A program made the position numbers and the translations under genes. From assembly GCA_043228905.1 (NCBI GenBank), contig JBHGNT010000008.1, positions 14,632,001 through 14,696,000 of the forward strand: DNA of 64,000 nucleotides, in the 5' to 3' direction. Position 1 is the stretch's first letter. Each line of letters opens with the position of its first letter. The notes below the pieces were generated by a model. That model was given only the letters and a program-made list of their open reading frames with translations, made no database searches and was not told the origin of the DNA. The stretch comes from Azolla caroliniana (Eukaryota > Plantae > Polypodiophyta). Of the stretch, positions 24,769 through 37,782 are shown one piece after another.

Positions 24769-26712
24769 TGTTAGGAACAGGTACTTCTGGATGGGAAGAG
24801 AAGAGTCGAATCGATGAATGACCTCTTTCAAGGCCGAAAATCGATTTTCCGAAATCATTTTTTCGAAATCGAAAACCAAAATCGAGAACCGATCTATGAC
24901 CGATTCGGAGGACTATATTTGTGAATAGTCCAAATGTGCGCATGTGGGCTATGTATGTAAATAGCCAAAAAGTTGTATACATATAAATACAAATAGGGCA
25001 AACTTTATAAGAGAAGTTGTTGATCATTGTTGTATAGTTAGAGAATGTAGTTGCGTCTATAACCGTGTAAAAGGGAGAGAGAGAGTGAGAGTAGTAACTC
25101 TACAACCATCGATTTGTTGACGAAGACGATCTCGAGGTTGTTGACTCCGAGTTTCTTATTGTACTTCTCCTCTCATTCTAGTAATTCTGTTTCTTGGGGT
25201 TTCTGGACCCCGATGGTTTTTCCCTTTCGGGTTTTCCACGTAAAAGATATTGTGTCCCTATACTTGTGCTTTTTTGCTTTCTCGTTTTTTTGTGTGTACA
25301 CTATCTTTCTTGATCTTTGTACTCGAACATTACAAGTGAAACCGTTTGTGGCCGGTCACAATCGTAAGAAAGTGGTATCAAAGAGATGGAAGACTTGTTC
25401 GGCGGCATGTTCAACTTAACCGGCTCCAACTACTCAGTGTGGAAGTCGAAGATGAGAGACATGCTTGTGTGCAAAGACCTCTGGCTGCCGGTGCAGTTCG
25501 AAGATAAAAGGCCAGACAAGATCGATGCATCGACTTGGGAAGTGTTGCATCTGAAGGCGACAACGTACATAAGGTGTTTTATAGACATGAGTCTATACAA
25601 CAACTTTGGTGAAGAAACAGAAGCCGACATCCTCTAGAAGAAGATAGACGTAATGTTCGAGAACAAGAATGTCGTGAACAGAGTCTCAATTTTCAGGAAA
25701 ATCGTGAGACTTCAGTATGAAGACGGCTCCAGCATGGCAGAGCATATTAATGTCTTCCAAGGAATGATGAATCAAACCACCTCTCTAGAAGTACCTCTTG
25801 TTGACGAGGTATTAGCCTTATTGTTGTTGGGATCCCTTCCAGACAATTGGGAAACACTCATTGTCACATTGGGCCACATAGGACCGCAAAGGAAGCATTT
25901 ATCCCTAGAGCAGGTGAAGTCGAGCTTACTAAATGAGGAAGCTCTTCGGAAGGACCGAGAGTCCAATGTTAACCCGAAGGCCTTAGTCACGGAGAGTGAA
26001 ACAAATCAAGGAAGTGGTCGAAATCAAAGTCCCCATAATCGAGATAAGTCAGGGACAAGGTCAAAGTCGAGGGGAAGGTCCGCGTGCTTCTACTGTGGAA
26101 AGCCGAGGCACTTCCAAAAGAATTGCTGACATTTCCGAAAGGAAAAAGGGGAGCTGATAGTGTGCAACCGAAGAAGATTTTGGACAGCAAGACCACCTTG
26201 GCAATTGTGACAAGTGAGGAGGAGTTGTTGCTCATTAGTGAGTAAAATGAAGTGAACCTTGTCAGCGATGAATCAACGTGGGTAGTCAATTCGGGTGCAT
26301 CATTCCACCTGACCCCTGATCGGAAATATGTCTCATCTTTTAGAGTCGGAGATCTTGGATCTGTAAAGATGGGAAATGAAGGAGCATGCTGAATCATTGA
26401 GATTGGAGATGTGCGTTTGACAACATCAACTGGGTGCAGACTTCTGTTGAGAGATGTTCAACACGTTCTGGAAGTCAAATTGAATTTGATATTGGCCGAT
26501 TGGCTGGATGATGAAGGCTACATGGGTAGCATCCGAAGTGGTGTCATGACGTTTTGCAAGGAAGCCTAATCATGACCCGAGCTGGAAAAACTAACACATT
26601 GTACCTGATGCCTGCTCGATTATGCCGAAACGAGGTAAATGTGGCAGCCGACACAACTGCTAAGTTGTGGCACAAGAGGCTATGTCACATGAGCCAAAAG
26701 GGGATGCGAAAA
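24769..26712 (+). mobile_element. Copia B, 5' part (5' LTR 24769-~25370, PBS 25373-25383, gag-PR up to GAG-pre-integrase)
   Basis: LTR starts TGTTAGG; PBS TGGTATCAAAG; gag MEDLFGGMFNLTGSNY at 25386; ends at LWHKRLCHMSQKGMRK. Confidence 0.92.
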
Positions 26713-27112
26713 CCCCGGGGGCTTTACTGTCATAACTTGTATGATAGCATGTGAGTTCATCAAAAGGGGTTAAATTAACCATTGAGATACATAATGTATA
26801 TATATAAGGGTATTAATAAATATATAAACAATATATTTACATAAGGGTATTATCAATTATGCTGGAGAAAAATATTACATATGCCTGACATGAAATATTA
26901 GATATTTCAATGAGATAGTAAAGAATATATTGTGCAAACAATTGTCAAATTTGGAGTAACATACATACATATATACATATACATGCATTATTTAAGCATA
27001 TATACCTACATTTAAACATTACATCCATGAATATGTGTATATATACATTATACCCATGCTTCACCCCCCACCCCAACAACACTTTTGGCACACCCGGTGG
27101 GACATAAGGGTA

Positions 27113-30053
27113 TGTGTTACCTGTAAGAATATACGGGGAGGCATAAGGGTATGTGTAATGATGTGGTTGATGTGTATGTGGAAAGTAAATGAGTATGTGA
27201 GGATGAGTATGTGTGAGCACATGCACAATTATGTGCATGTGACAAGAGTGTAATGGTCGTCTCTTTTGTAACAGTCATTATGTATTATATAAACCCCTTA
27301 TGGGGAATCTAATGGATATACAATTTCCCCCTTCATTTTGTATCATTTTCTATTTGTATTTCTCTCTAGCTCTTGCTCTTTATTGTAACCCCCTTGAGAG
27401 GGGGGTGAAGCCATTCTAGGCCTCACCCCCTACCCCAACAACACTTTTGGCACGCCCGAATGGACGACCCTCCCTTGAGAAGAAGTCTCACTCTCCCTCT
27501 CTCCATCTCTCTATGTGTTGGTTTGTCTCTCTGTTAGGGAGTGATGCATCACTCTCTGTTAGAGAATGATGCAGACCATACATTTTGATTTCTGAGTCGT
27601 GCGATATTTTCTACTAGTAACCTGCATAAGTAAAGCTACTCATATGATGTTCTTGTTACTTATCTTATTTCTCTAATTAGTTCTATGTCTGTTTGTTTTC
27701 TGTTGTGGGGATTCATCGAATTCTTCTTCTCATTAAAGTCTTATCATCTCAATCATCTTTTGCTCACTTGGAGGCAGAAACTCTGGCTTCTGGATGGAAA
27801 CAATCTCTCTTCTAGCTTGGTCTAATTCAGAGACATCCAGAGATGGCTGCTGGTGTGAGTTCTTATCAGGAAGGCAATGGAGTTCATGATGAGCGTGTGA
27901 GAGAACGAGAGGAAGAAGAGATCTATTTGAAGCATAGATGAAGAATAGAGAAAGAAGACACGAGGAGAGCAACCATGGTGTCTTCAAAGAAGAAAACATG
28001 CATCTATGACCTCATTATTGTAGCTTCTCTCTCTTCCATTTTCAGTACTTTCCTCTGATCATCGCCATCCCTCAATGGTGTCTAGTGTCAAAATCCATGT
28101 GTTCTCATCCCAATCCCCATACCACTTGCCACGAGGCAGATCTGTTATGCTGTCGTCTACAACTCCATCGCCATCCATGGGAAGCTCGAAGAGATTGGAT
28201 GGCCTGAAGAACTCGATTGGCACCAGTCGATCTCTATTACCTTTGACATCAATGATGCAGAGGTCAATGTGAACACGATGATATCACTCAAAAAGATGGC
28301 TTTCTACACTCAAGCTCTTGACGAAAGTCATGAAGGTTTCATGAAGTTCCAAGTCTCTCAAAATTCCTTTTCTGAGACCTGTTGACTAGTACGCAGAGAT
28401 GATGAAGAGCGGTGTCCATATGGTGGAGGTGAAAGAGTTGCTTTTGTCTGAGTAGAAGCAAATGAAAAGGATGGTGGCCATAGCCATGTGGTGTGCACAT
28501 CCATGGCTGAACATACGGCCATGGCCAGCCGGACAGTCTGTGAGACAGCTGATAAAATGAAGGTCCAGCAACCAGCAACCGACGAACGACAATGACAACG
28601 GCCGGATAGAAGGTTTGACAGCCAACCGAACAGAGAGACAGTCGGCCAGAGAAATGGTGACAACCGTCAAACAAAGGGTCCCATAGGTGGCCGTCGGACA
28701 GAGCCGACAGAGACAGCCCATGGAGAGACGACTATGGACAGCCTACGAACCGAGACGGCCAGAGACAGACAGCAGGCGGGAGAAGAAGGTGATAATCAGA
28801 GAATGAAGAAGAAGAAGAAGATCATGACCACCGCCACCACAGAACAGAAGTAGAGAAGAAAAAGAACAAGAAGAAAGGGTATACATGAGGGACACATCAT
28901 TGATGTCACCACAAAATCAATTCCTTTAGCAAACTCTCTACACTCGTCTCTCTATGATATCAATTCGATGCAGAGAACCTAGGCAAAACCATATGAGGCC
29001 TCACATCAAGCGCAAAGTTCTGGATGGAAGATGCACCGCAAGTGGGCGGCCACAGTAAAGCTCATCCCGAGCGGACAGCCACACGGCCAAGACGTGTGGC
29101 AGAGAGGCGCGATTGAGAGAGCGGTTGAGAATATGGCCAACACGAGCAGCCGAGACGCGTGGCCGAGAGTACAGCCGAGACGCATGGCCGAGAGGACGAC
29201 CGTGATGCGCGACCAAGAGTACGGCCGAGATGCGCGACCAAGAGTACGGCCGAGTGACAACCGCGAAGACAGCCAAGCAAAAGACGAAGAGATAAGACGA
29301 AAGAGAAGAGGGTTATGAAGAGAAAATTTCAAAATTTGGAGGGTAGAATACAAAATTTTGAATATTAAAGGGCCAAAAATAAAATTTCAAAAAATTTGAG
29401 GGTAAAAAATTTTAAAGACCAAAGGGTAAAAAATATAAAACTCACTTCACATGATGAAAGAAAGAATACACAAATGCACAACATGATTTCACGACCCATG
29501 CCACATTGTACTAGCCGATTGATGTATGATCCAATCGCGACTTGTGCTAACTGAATAAGAAGGTTCGAGTCAAGCAAAGCTCTAATCGAAGTTATCGATC
29601 GTAGAGCAGTGATCCGGTCGAGGGATTTCCGACTGGAGTTCCGGTCGAGAAGAATTGCCATGGTGAGTGGATTCACTGTGCAATGCACTGTCCCACAGGC
29701 GTGCCATGTGTTACCCGTAAGAATATACGAGGAGGCATACGGGTATGTGTATTGATGTGGTTGATGTGTATGTGGAAAGTAAATGAGTATGTGAGGATGA
29801 GTATGTGTGAGCACATGCACAATTATGTGCATGTGACAAGAGTGTAACGGTCGTCTCTTTTGTAACGATCATTATTACCGTTACATTATGTATTATATAA
29901 ACCCCTTATGGGGCATCTAATGGATATACAATTTCCCCCCTCTCATCTTTTGTCATTTTCTATTTGTATTTCTCTCTAGCTCTTGCTCTTTATCGTAACC
30001 CCCTTGGGAGGGGGGTGAAGCCATTCTAGGCCTCACCCCCCACCCCAACAACA
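27113..30053 (+). mobile_element. Non-autonomous LTR element (LTRs 27113-27443 and 29707-30053) with a tRNA-Arg PBS and an inverted PBS in place of the PPT
   Basis: About 340-bp direct repeats TG..CA; PBS TGGCACGCCCGAATGGAC at 27448-27465; GTCCCACAGGCGTGCCA at 29690-29706; no pol motifs seen inside. Confidence 0.85.
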
Positions 30054-30450
30054 CACACACAAATAAATTACATATTAGATATCATATAATCCATACATTT
30101 ACACTGTCACAATATAAAAATTTACATACATTATATACATACATAGATGCAATACATACATACATACATATATTACATATGTACATACATATTTCACATA
30201 TCTCCATATATATATATATATATAGGTTATATGGGACCATACAAACTACAATACTTACATATATACATACATTCACACACATCGGATATATGAGTGCATA
30301 TTACAAACATACATCCATATACAATCCATACACATTCATATGCACATATATATGTATTTATTGTATGTATATATTGTATTGTATGCTGAAATACACACAT
30401 ATACACATACACATGTGCCATACATCGAATACATACAATAAATAGACATG

Positions 30451-30921
30451 TTAAAGACAATGCAAGAGGTATGGGAGCTACTATGCACCACCACAATGTG
30501 GTTTATTTGGACTGCTAGGTGTTCTAAGGTGTTTGGTAATACTACTATTCATCCAGTGGAAAGTACACGGAATGTCTGGATGGAGATGGTACATACCTTG
30601 AAAGGACAGTATGAGGATATTAAAGGTGAGACAGATGTTGCAGTGTTGCAACGTCTCGAATTTATTGTCTATTGGAAGAAGACCCCTTTTCTCACAATAC
30701 AAAATTCAAGACCTAAATGGTGCTTAGCGCCACCAGTATGGTTGTTCCCACCACCAATCACATAACTTGGTTAAGGAGTGGTGGAGTGTTGAGGGATGGG
30801 ACCTAAGGAAGAATGCACCAGATCAATGGTAGCTTGATGGTAGGTCAATTTTTTGTAATGTTGTTCATAACTAATGAAAGGATATTTTTCCCGGAAGAAA
30901 AAAAAAATAAAAAATAAAAAA
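30451..30921 (+). mobile_element. 5'-truncated L1/Tx1-type LINE with A-rich tail
   Basis: ORF2 C-terminal motif MWFIWTARCSKVF; A-rich tail ~30896-30921; 11-bp TSD AAATAGACATG at 30440-30450 and 30922-30932. Confidence 0.8.
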
Positions 30922-31425
30922 AAATAGACATGCACGTACGTGTAAAGAACATACACACACACATGCCATACATACAACACATTTAATACAATACAATATG
31001 TTGTACATACACACTACATATATACACATGCAATATAATACATACATATGTACATCAATAGAAAATACACACATACATGCCTATACACGTGATATATATA
31101 CAATACATAATACATACATATGTAGAAATATAGAACACACACACATGTATAGAACATACACACACATATAGCACATACATATGTACACACATGCGATACA
31201 CACATACACACATATAACACTATGTACATGGACACATGCCCCATATACAATACATACATATACACATATATAGAACATACACACACATAACACATAGATA
31301 AATTATACATACTCACATGCCATACATACAACACATGCAACACAATACAATATGCCATACATACAATGCATATATACAATAATGTAATTAATACAATATG
31401 ATACAATGCAATACAACACAATATA

Positions 31426-31502
31426 GGTAGCCTGACAGTAGCTCAACATTCTTGTAATATCTGTTTATAACTAATGAAAGGATATAATCCGGGAAAACAA
31501 AA
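31426..31502 (+). mobile_element. Very short 3' end of the same L1-type LINE
   Basis: GGTAGC...TGTAAT...ATAACTAATGAAAGGATAT...CCGG followed by an A-rich tail matches 30828-30905. Confidence 0.65.
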
Positions 31503-32429
31503 TACAATGCAATACAGTATGCACATTCATGCATATACACATCAATACATACACTCAACAAATACATATATATTCATGCAATACAATACATATACACATA
31601 TATAGAACACACACACACACACACACAAGATACATTCACACATGCCATACATATATGATATAATATATACAATACATACATATGCATATGTATAGAACAC
31701 ACACATGTATCATATACTTACATATGCACATGCCATACATACGATAAATACAATACATACATATGCACATATATAGAAGATACATACATATGGACATGCC
31801 ATACATACAATAAATACAATACATACATATGCACACATATAGAAGATACTCACATATGCACATGTCATACATACAATAAATACAATATATACATATGCAC
31901 ATATATAGAACATACTTACATATGCACATATATATAACATACTTACATATGCCCATGCCATACATATAGCACATACAATAAATACAATATATACATATGC
32001 ACATATATAGAACATACACACATATCACATACTTACATATGCATATGCCACACATAAAGCACATACAATGCATACATATGCACATATGTAGAACATACAC
32101 ACATATGACATACTTACATATGCACATATATAGAACATACAAACATATCACATACTTACATATGCACATGCCACACATATAGCACATACAATACATACAT
32201 ATGCACATATATAGAACATACACACATATCACATACTTACATATGCACATGCCATACATATAACACATACAATACATACATATGCACATATATAGAGCAT
32301 ACTCACATATACACATGCCATACATACGACACATGGAATACAATACATACATATGCACATGTATAGAGCATACACACACACACACACACACACACACAAA
32401 GAATATGTATGCAAAAAGATCACGAAAAA

Positions 32430-35400
32430 GAGATAGATAGATAGATAGATTATATTATCTTCTTCGGAGGTCAAATATGACCTATGAGACCAAAAATATT
32501 ACATTTCACGTGATACGTGTGAAGGTGAGTAGCAACTCTCGATGTTCAAGAACTTTACCAATGAATGTTGCAATCGAGACTGCACATCGTGGTTGTGAGA
32601 GAAATTTGTGCAATGATTGGGCTCGATCGAAGTGATGTGGAAAGCATGGTCGAATATGATCAACACTGTTCTTCTCACTTCCCATCCAGAGGGACCTGTT
32701 TCCTAACACAACATTTGTAGTATAATGTGTGAAGTGTGAGCCACCACATTTGTCCCATGTCATGATACATTGGCGTTGCAAAAAGGTCTCATTTACAGAG
32801 GAATCTAGTGATGCATCATGAAGTAAGTGTCCTACATCCTATCTACCAAACCATTTTTCTAAATCTTGCACCCAACTAGAACACAAAATTTTGCTTTTAT
32901 GCATCTTTTGGATCTTTTTGCTTGCTTCCCATGCAATTCTAGGAAATCAATGTGAGAGGCTTTTTTGATCTTTAAGCATGTATTTAGCAACCCTTTCTAT
33001 GGCCATGATCTCAATGGGAAGCGATCCCGTCTCAAGGAGGAGGAGGGTGTAGGGTGTTTGTTTCTTAACTTGTAGAAACTTTGTAAGAAAATGTTTTTGG
33101 ACATTTTCAAACTCTTTCCACATAGATTTAGGGATGCTACCGCCCCATACTTCCACCCTATAGAGAAGAACCGGGGTCACCAAAGTGTCAAAAAAATATT
33201 TCTTGAGGACCCAACACTTAATATCTCCAAGATTGCATGTGTTCTCAAATGCATAATATGCTCGCTTACCCGCCTCTAAGCGGCGTGTAGCACATTCATT
33301 CCATTTATGATTTGAAGGAACTTCAAGGCCAAGATATTTGAAGCGTTCCACACATTGAAGTGGCTCATTGTTGTACTTAATGCATGGTTTATCTCTTTTT
33401 TGACTCTTCACAAGCATAATCTTTGTTTTAGAGCTATTGACACTTAATCTAGTATGCATGCAAAATTTTTCCAATGCCTTCATAAGCTTTTGTGAATGTC
33501 CTGAAGTATTTGTAAAAAGCACTACATCATCCGCATATAACAAAAGCATAATCACAACATTCCCAATGACAACTTCTTCAACACATTCTTCCTTTACAAA
33601 CTTGGTAACCATTTCTTCTAATTCATCAATGTATAGACCAAATAATGTTGGTGAGAGTGGGCATCCTTCCTTAACACCAATAGTGCTATTGAAAAAATCT
33701 GAAAGTCTATCTCTCATACGTACACAACATATAACCTTCGCATATATTTGGGAAATTGCAAGCATATATTCACTTGGCACCTCAAGTTCTTCCATCCACC
33801 TCCAAAGATGCTCACGAGGTACCATATCAAAAACTTTCTTGAAGTCTACAAAGCAACACTATAAAACTTTACCTCTAAGGCGACTTTCCTCCATTAATAC
33901 TCTAAGAGTGACAAGATGATCAATGGTGCTATGGTGTTTTCGAAAACCAACTTTTCCATAAGCTCTCTTACCATTTTTTTCTGCCCATACACTTATCTTT
34001 GATTCCATTATACATCCAAATAGTTTTGCCATTAATGAGCCAACCATGATGGTTCGATAGTTGTTTACATTATTTACATCTCCACCTTTATGTAAAGGTT
34101 TGATCCAATTTTTAGTCCAATCATATGGAATACCTTGTTGCAATGCATCATTAAACATATCGCATATCCATATATGTGCTTCCTTTCCCGTCAATTTGAG
34201 CATTTCAGCTTTTATACATTGAAGATCGCTTGCCTTTCGAGAGACCAATTTCTTAAGTCCTATGCATATATCTTCCATTGTAAAGAAGGGAGACATATGT
34301 GAAAGAGAACCATAACACATCATCTTTCCGGCAAGAGATAACACATATAAATTCTTATAATGCATAGACAAGTCATGAAGAGTTAAGTCACCATAACTCT
34401 CAACACGTTTCCCCTTTAGATTTCCCCAAAATTTAGCACATGCATGTGCTTTCTCTTGCGTTTGGAGAAGTTGTTGAGTAACTTCCCATATTCGTCTCTT
34501 TCTTTGAATAAGCCTTTTATAGTCATGCAAATGCTTTTGGTAATTTTCTTTATCCTTAACTACATCCAAAACCATAAGGCACTTTCGAGCTTCATGACAT
34601 TCTTTATCAAACCATTTTTTCTAACATTTCTTGGTGCATTTCCATGATGTGTGGTTGGTCGAAAAACATTTGTTTGTACAAGAGAGAATGTCATTCTTAA
34701 AAGCTTCCCATTTGCATTCTACTGTGGCACCATGTTGTGTCTTTGTCATTTGTAACATATCCTCAACCATCTTGGAATACATGGGCACTCGCTTAAGATT
34801 CATGCTCAAGTGCGTTTGTTTACTATCTTCAATGACCTTCTCGCAATCAAACCTATGCATACATTTGAGATCAATACATAAATTCCTATGATCATATTCC
34901 GGTGTCCATTACCCCAGTGAGAATTTATGTATACGATCCAAAATACCTTCGGAAAGTCGCACATAGTCAATCACACTATTTCCATTGTGTTTTCGACATG
35001 TAAAACCGTTAGTATTGGGCCATAAGAAAACACCATTTGCAATAAGCAATCCGGTACTATTGGACATTTGTAGGAGTAGTTTCCCAAATTGGTTCGGATT
35101 TTTTTCATCGCTAGAAGATCGACTATACATTTGCATATCCTCTTGCATCCTTGAGATATGTGGCATGAAAGATTCTTGTGAATCAAGTTGGAAACTTCTT
35201 GTACGAGCATTCATGTCACCAAAGACAATAACTTCCCCTTTGGATTTGAAATAAGCAATATCATCTTCTAGATTTGCAAAAGGTTGATCTTTATCCAAAC
35301 AAGCATAGAAGTTAGAATCTTGATGAGGAATGTAACATCCAACGACAAAAGTGGGAAAATCATTAGGTGTTTCTATTTTGAGCCATATGTAGCATTTATG

Positions 35401-36640
35401 TTCATCATTTTTTACAATTTATACATATTTCTGTATTTCCTTCTTAATCAAACATGCCACCCCTCCTTGTCCTCTTCTTTGTCTTGGATTTTTCTTCCAT
35501 ATCAAACAGTGTACATTATAGTTTCCTAAACCTTGAATCATTTGAGTATCATGCTCCCATGTTTCAACAAGAAGTGTGATATCCGAGTCATCGATGAACT
35601 CCTCTATGCTGAATCCTGCATTTCATGGGTATCCATTGCAATTCCAAAAACATAGTCGTAAGAGACGTGGTTTAGTCTCATAGGTCACGTGTCCCTATTT
35701 CCCTACATTTCCATCTTTAAGCACATCCTTAATCTTATTTTTCAACCTTTCTTCATATGCTTTACGACGGGCATTTTGTTGTGAGATAGTACAATCTTCA
35801 CTCACAAAGCATTGAGTACCTTTGAGGTATACCCAAGTATTTTCGAGTATGATCTGCCACTTTGTATCATCCGTCATTGTGCATACAATTGGCCTTTCTC
35901 CGGAGCGAGTAACACCATGTTTCCCAACTCAGTGTGCCCCATATACATTCACATCCGACATCCCATAATGCATGCTAAAAAATTCACCAATGGCCTTTCC
36001 AAGGGAAGTGGGTGTTTCCATACTCTCCTCTTTAATCCCACGGATAACAATGTTCTTTGATCTTCATTCACGCTCTTTCAATTCTCGGGCATCTATGTTT
36101 TCTATATTCTTCTCTTGATGCATCACATGCATATTAGATGAGTTTGATACCCCATACCCACCCCATACATCGGCCCATGATTTCGTTGTACATACATTTT
36201 TCATCTCACTTACATCCCGCCTCATCGTGTCTAATTTTTCTTCTTTTAATGCTTCCTTTAACTCAATCTTATTAAGGCGCTCATTTGTTTCGAAAGAAGC
36301 TCTTTTATATTCTTGAATCTCTTCTTCAAGTTTTGCAACCACTTTCTTAATAATTTCATTCTCAATGGTAATAGTTTGGAGCTTAGCATTCTCTTTCATT
36401 AACATCCTAATCTCTTCACCTTGCTTGTTTATGGTTTCTTGAATAGAAATCAAGTGACTCATAACCATTTTGTCCATTGTGTTTATTGCATTGGAATCAA
36501 CATTTGTTGGTGATTTCGGTTCATTATCAATCATACTCCCGAACTTTGAGGTGGCCTTACGAGTGTGTGTCATTGTAGGACCAAACCCTACGAGAAGAGA
36601 GAGAGGGAGAGAGAAAGAGAGAGAAAATGTACCTCTCACT
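32430..36640 (-). mobile_element. Near full-length RTEX/RTE-like LINE (ORF1 ~36573-35695; ORF2 APE-RT ~35681-32510), degenerate
   Basis: Coiled-coil ORF1 with SWADV and FVSEDCT; endonuclease VFWNCNG, LVETW, GDMNAR, SVIDY; RT GVKEGCPLSPTLF and LLYADD; (TCTA)n tail at ~32430-32450. Confidence 0.92.
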
Positions 36641-36806
36641 TGATTTAGGGCTTCAAAATCTACCTTGCGTTTGAGGAGCCGTGGGGCAAAGATGGATGCA
36701 TACGAAAATGCTCATAACTTCTCGCCACGGTAACAGAATTCAGTAAATGAACATTCCTTAGAAAGCTCTCTAAAAGAGCTTTCCAATGAGTTATAGAATG
36801 TAAAAA

Positions 36807-37452
36807 ATGATGGATGGAGTGAAGAGAGAGAGAGAGGGAGAGAAGTTGGAGGGTGATGGATCCTGCAACGACCTCACCGCCGTGGAAGGTGCCATGGATC
36901 CTGCCACTACAGCCACAACCCTAATGCTCATGGACCAAACAATGCAAGAAGAAGAAGAAGAAGAAGAAGATCAAAGCACCTCCACGACCCACCGCCATCT
37001 CCTCCACTTGCAATCATCCAGCTCATCCTCCTCCTCCTCCAATGGTCGTGCCAGGGTGGCCCGCCCGCCTCGAAGCAGCCCTGGAGGTCAAGGTCGTCCA
37101 ACTCATTGTTTCTGGAGAGTTCAAAACCCTACTTCAACCTAACTTGGGGAAATTTGTCCCCATAGCTGGCCACCATTTATGTGTTTCATTCCATGATGAT
37201 ACCTCCATGGGGCAACGCGTGTGGAAGTGGCATGGTCACATGCTTTCCCTGCATGATGATTACCATGAACATGAAGATGCTTCATATTACCTTGAGCATG
37301 TCTATGGAAACTTCTTTCAGCCTTTGGCACAAACATGCACAACCAACAAGATCAAGAAGATAAATGATGGCAACAGGATAGGTCCGATAGATCGGAATGC
37401 CGTTCCTGATAGTTCATCATCACAATGTCGGCCTCCCCTTCTTTTGAAATGA
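36807..37452 (+). pseudogene. Frameshifted copy of a probable conserved plant protein of unknown function
   Basis: QLIVSGEFKTLLQPN..GHHLCVSFH..RVWKWHGHML..EHVYGNFFQ resembles, from memory, a land-plant hypothetical protein; split over ORFs 36807-37142 and 37042-37452. Confidence 0.5.
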
Positions 37453-37727
37453 CATGCAATGTGTTGTTGCTCTATGGTACCTAATCAAAACAAGTTCAAT
37501 ATATATTGCTCTGTGTTGAGGCTATCAAGGGAGAAGTTGGGATATTTGATGAGACTTGGCTTGGCTTGGCTTGCTTTGTAGTAAAAAATTATGTATGGCT
37601 TGGATTTTTGTGAGTAACTTTATAATTTGATGAGAGAGAGAGAGAGAGAGAGGAAAAAACCTTTTCTTTTTGATGCAGACATAGAGAGACTCTTGCTCAG
37701 GCACACACAAATGGAGCAATGTCGTCG

Positions 37728-37782
37728 ATGGGTGCTTACAAATATGAGGAGCTATGGAGGAACTGTTTATAAATATGAGGAG
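37728..37782 (+). pseudogene. RPL15: 60S ribosomal protein L15 processed pseudogene, piece 1
   Basis: ATG GGT GCT TAC AAA TAT GAG GAG CTA TGG AGG = MGAYKY-EELWR. Confidence 0.8.

Larger units (their letters stand above)
30054..32420. repeat. CATA/CA/TA-rich low-complexity satellite with higher-order repeats (31680-32380); similar tracts at 26955-27050 and 51430-51650
   Basis: Recurrent CATATGCACATATATAGAACATAC units. Confidence 0.9.

Noticed and set aside
29640-29706. tRNA-Arg gene
   Set aside because: Only 17 nt match; the upstream sequence lacks the T-loop and the rest of a tRNA.
31014-32474. Long Cys/Tyr/Met-rich ORFs (e.g. 253 aa at 31636-32397)
   Set aside because: Translations of CA/TA low-complexity DNA that lacks stops by composition.
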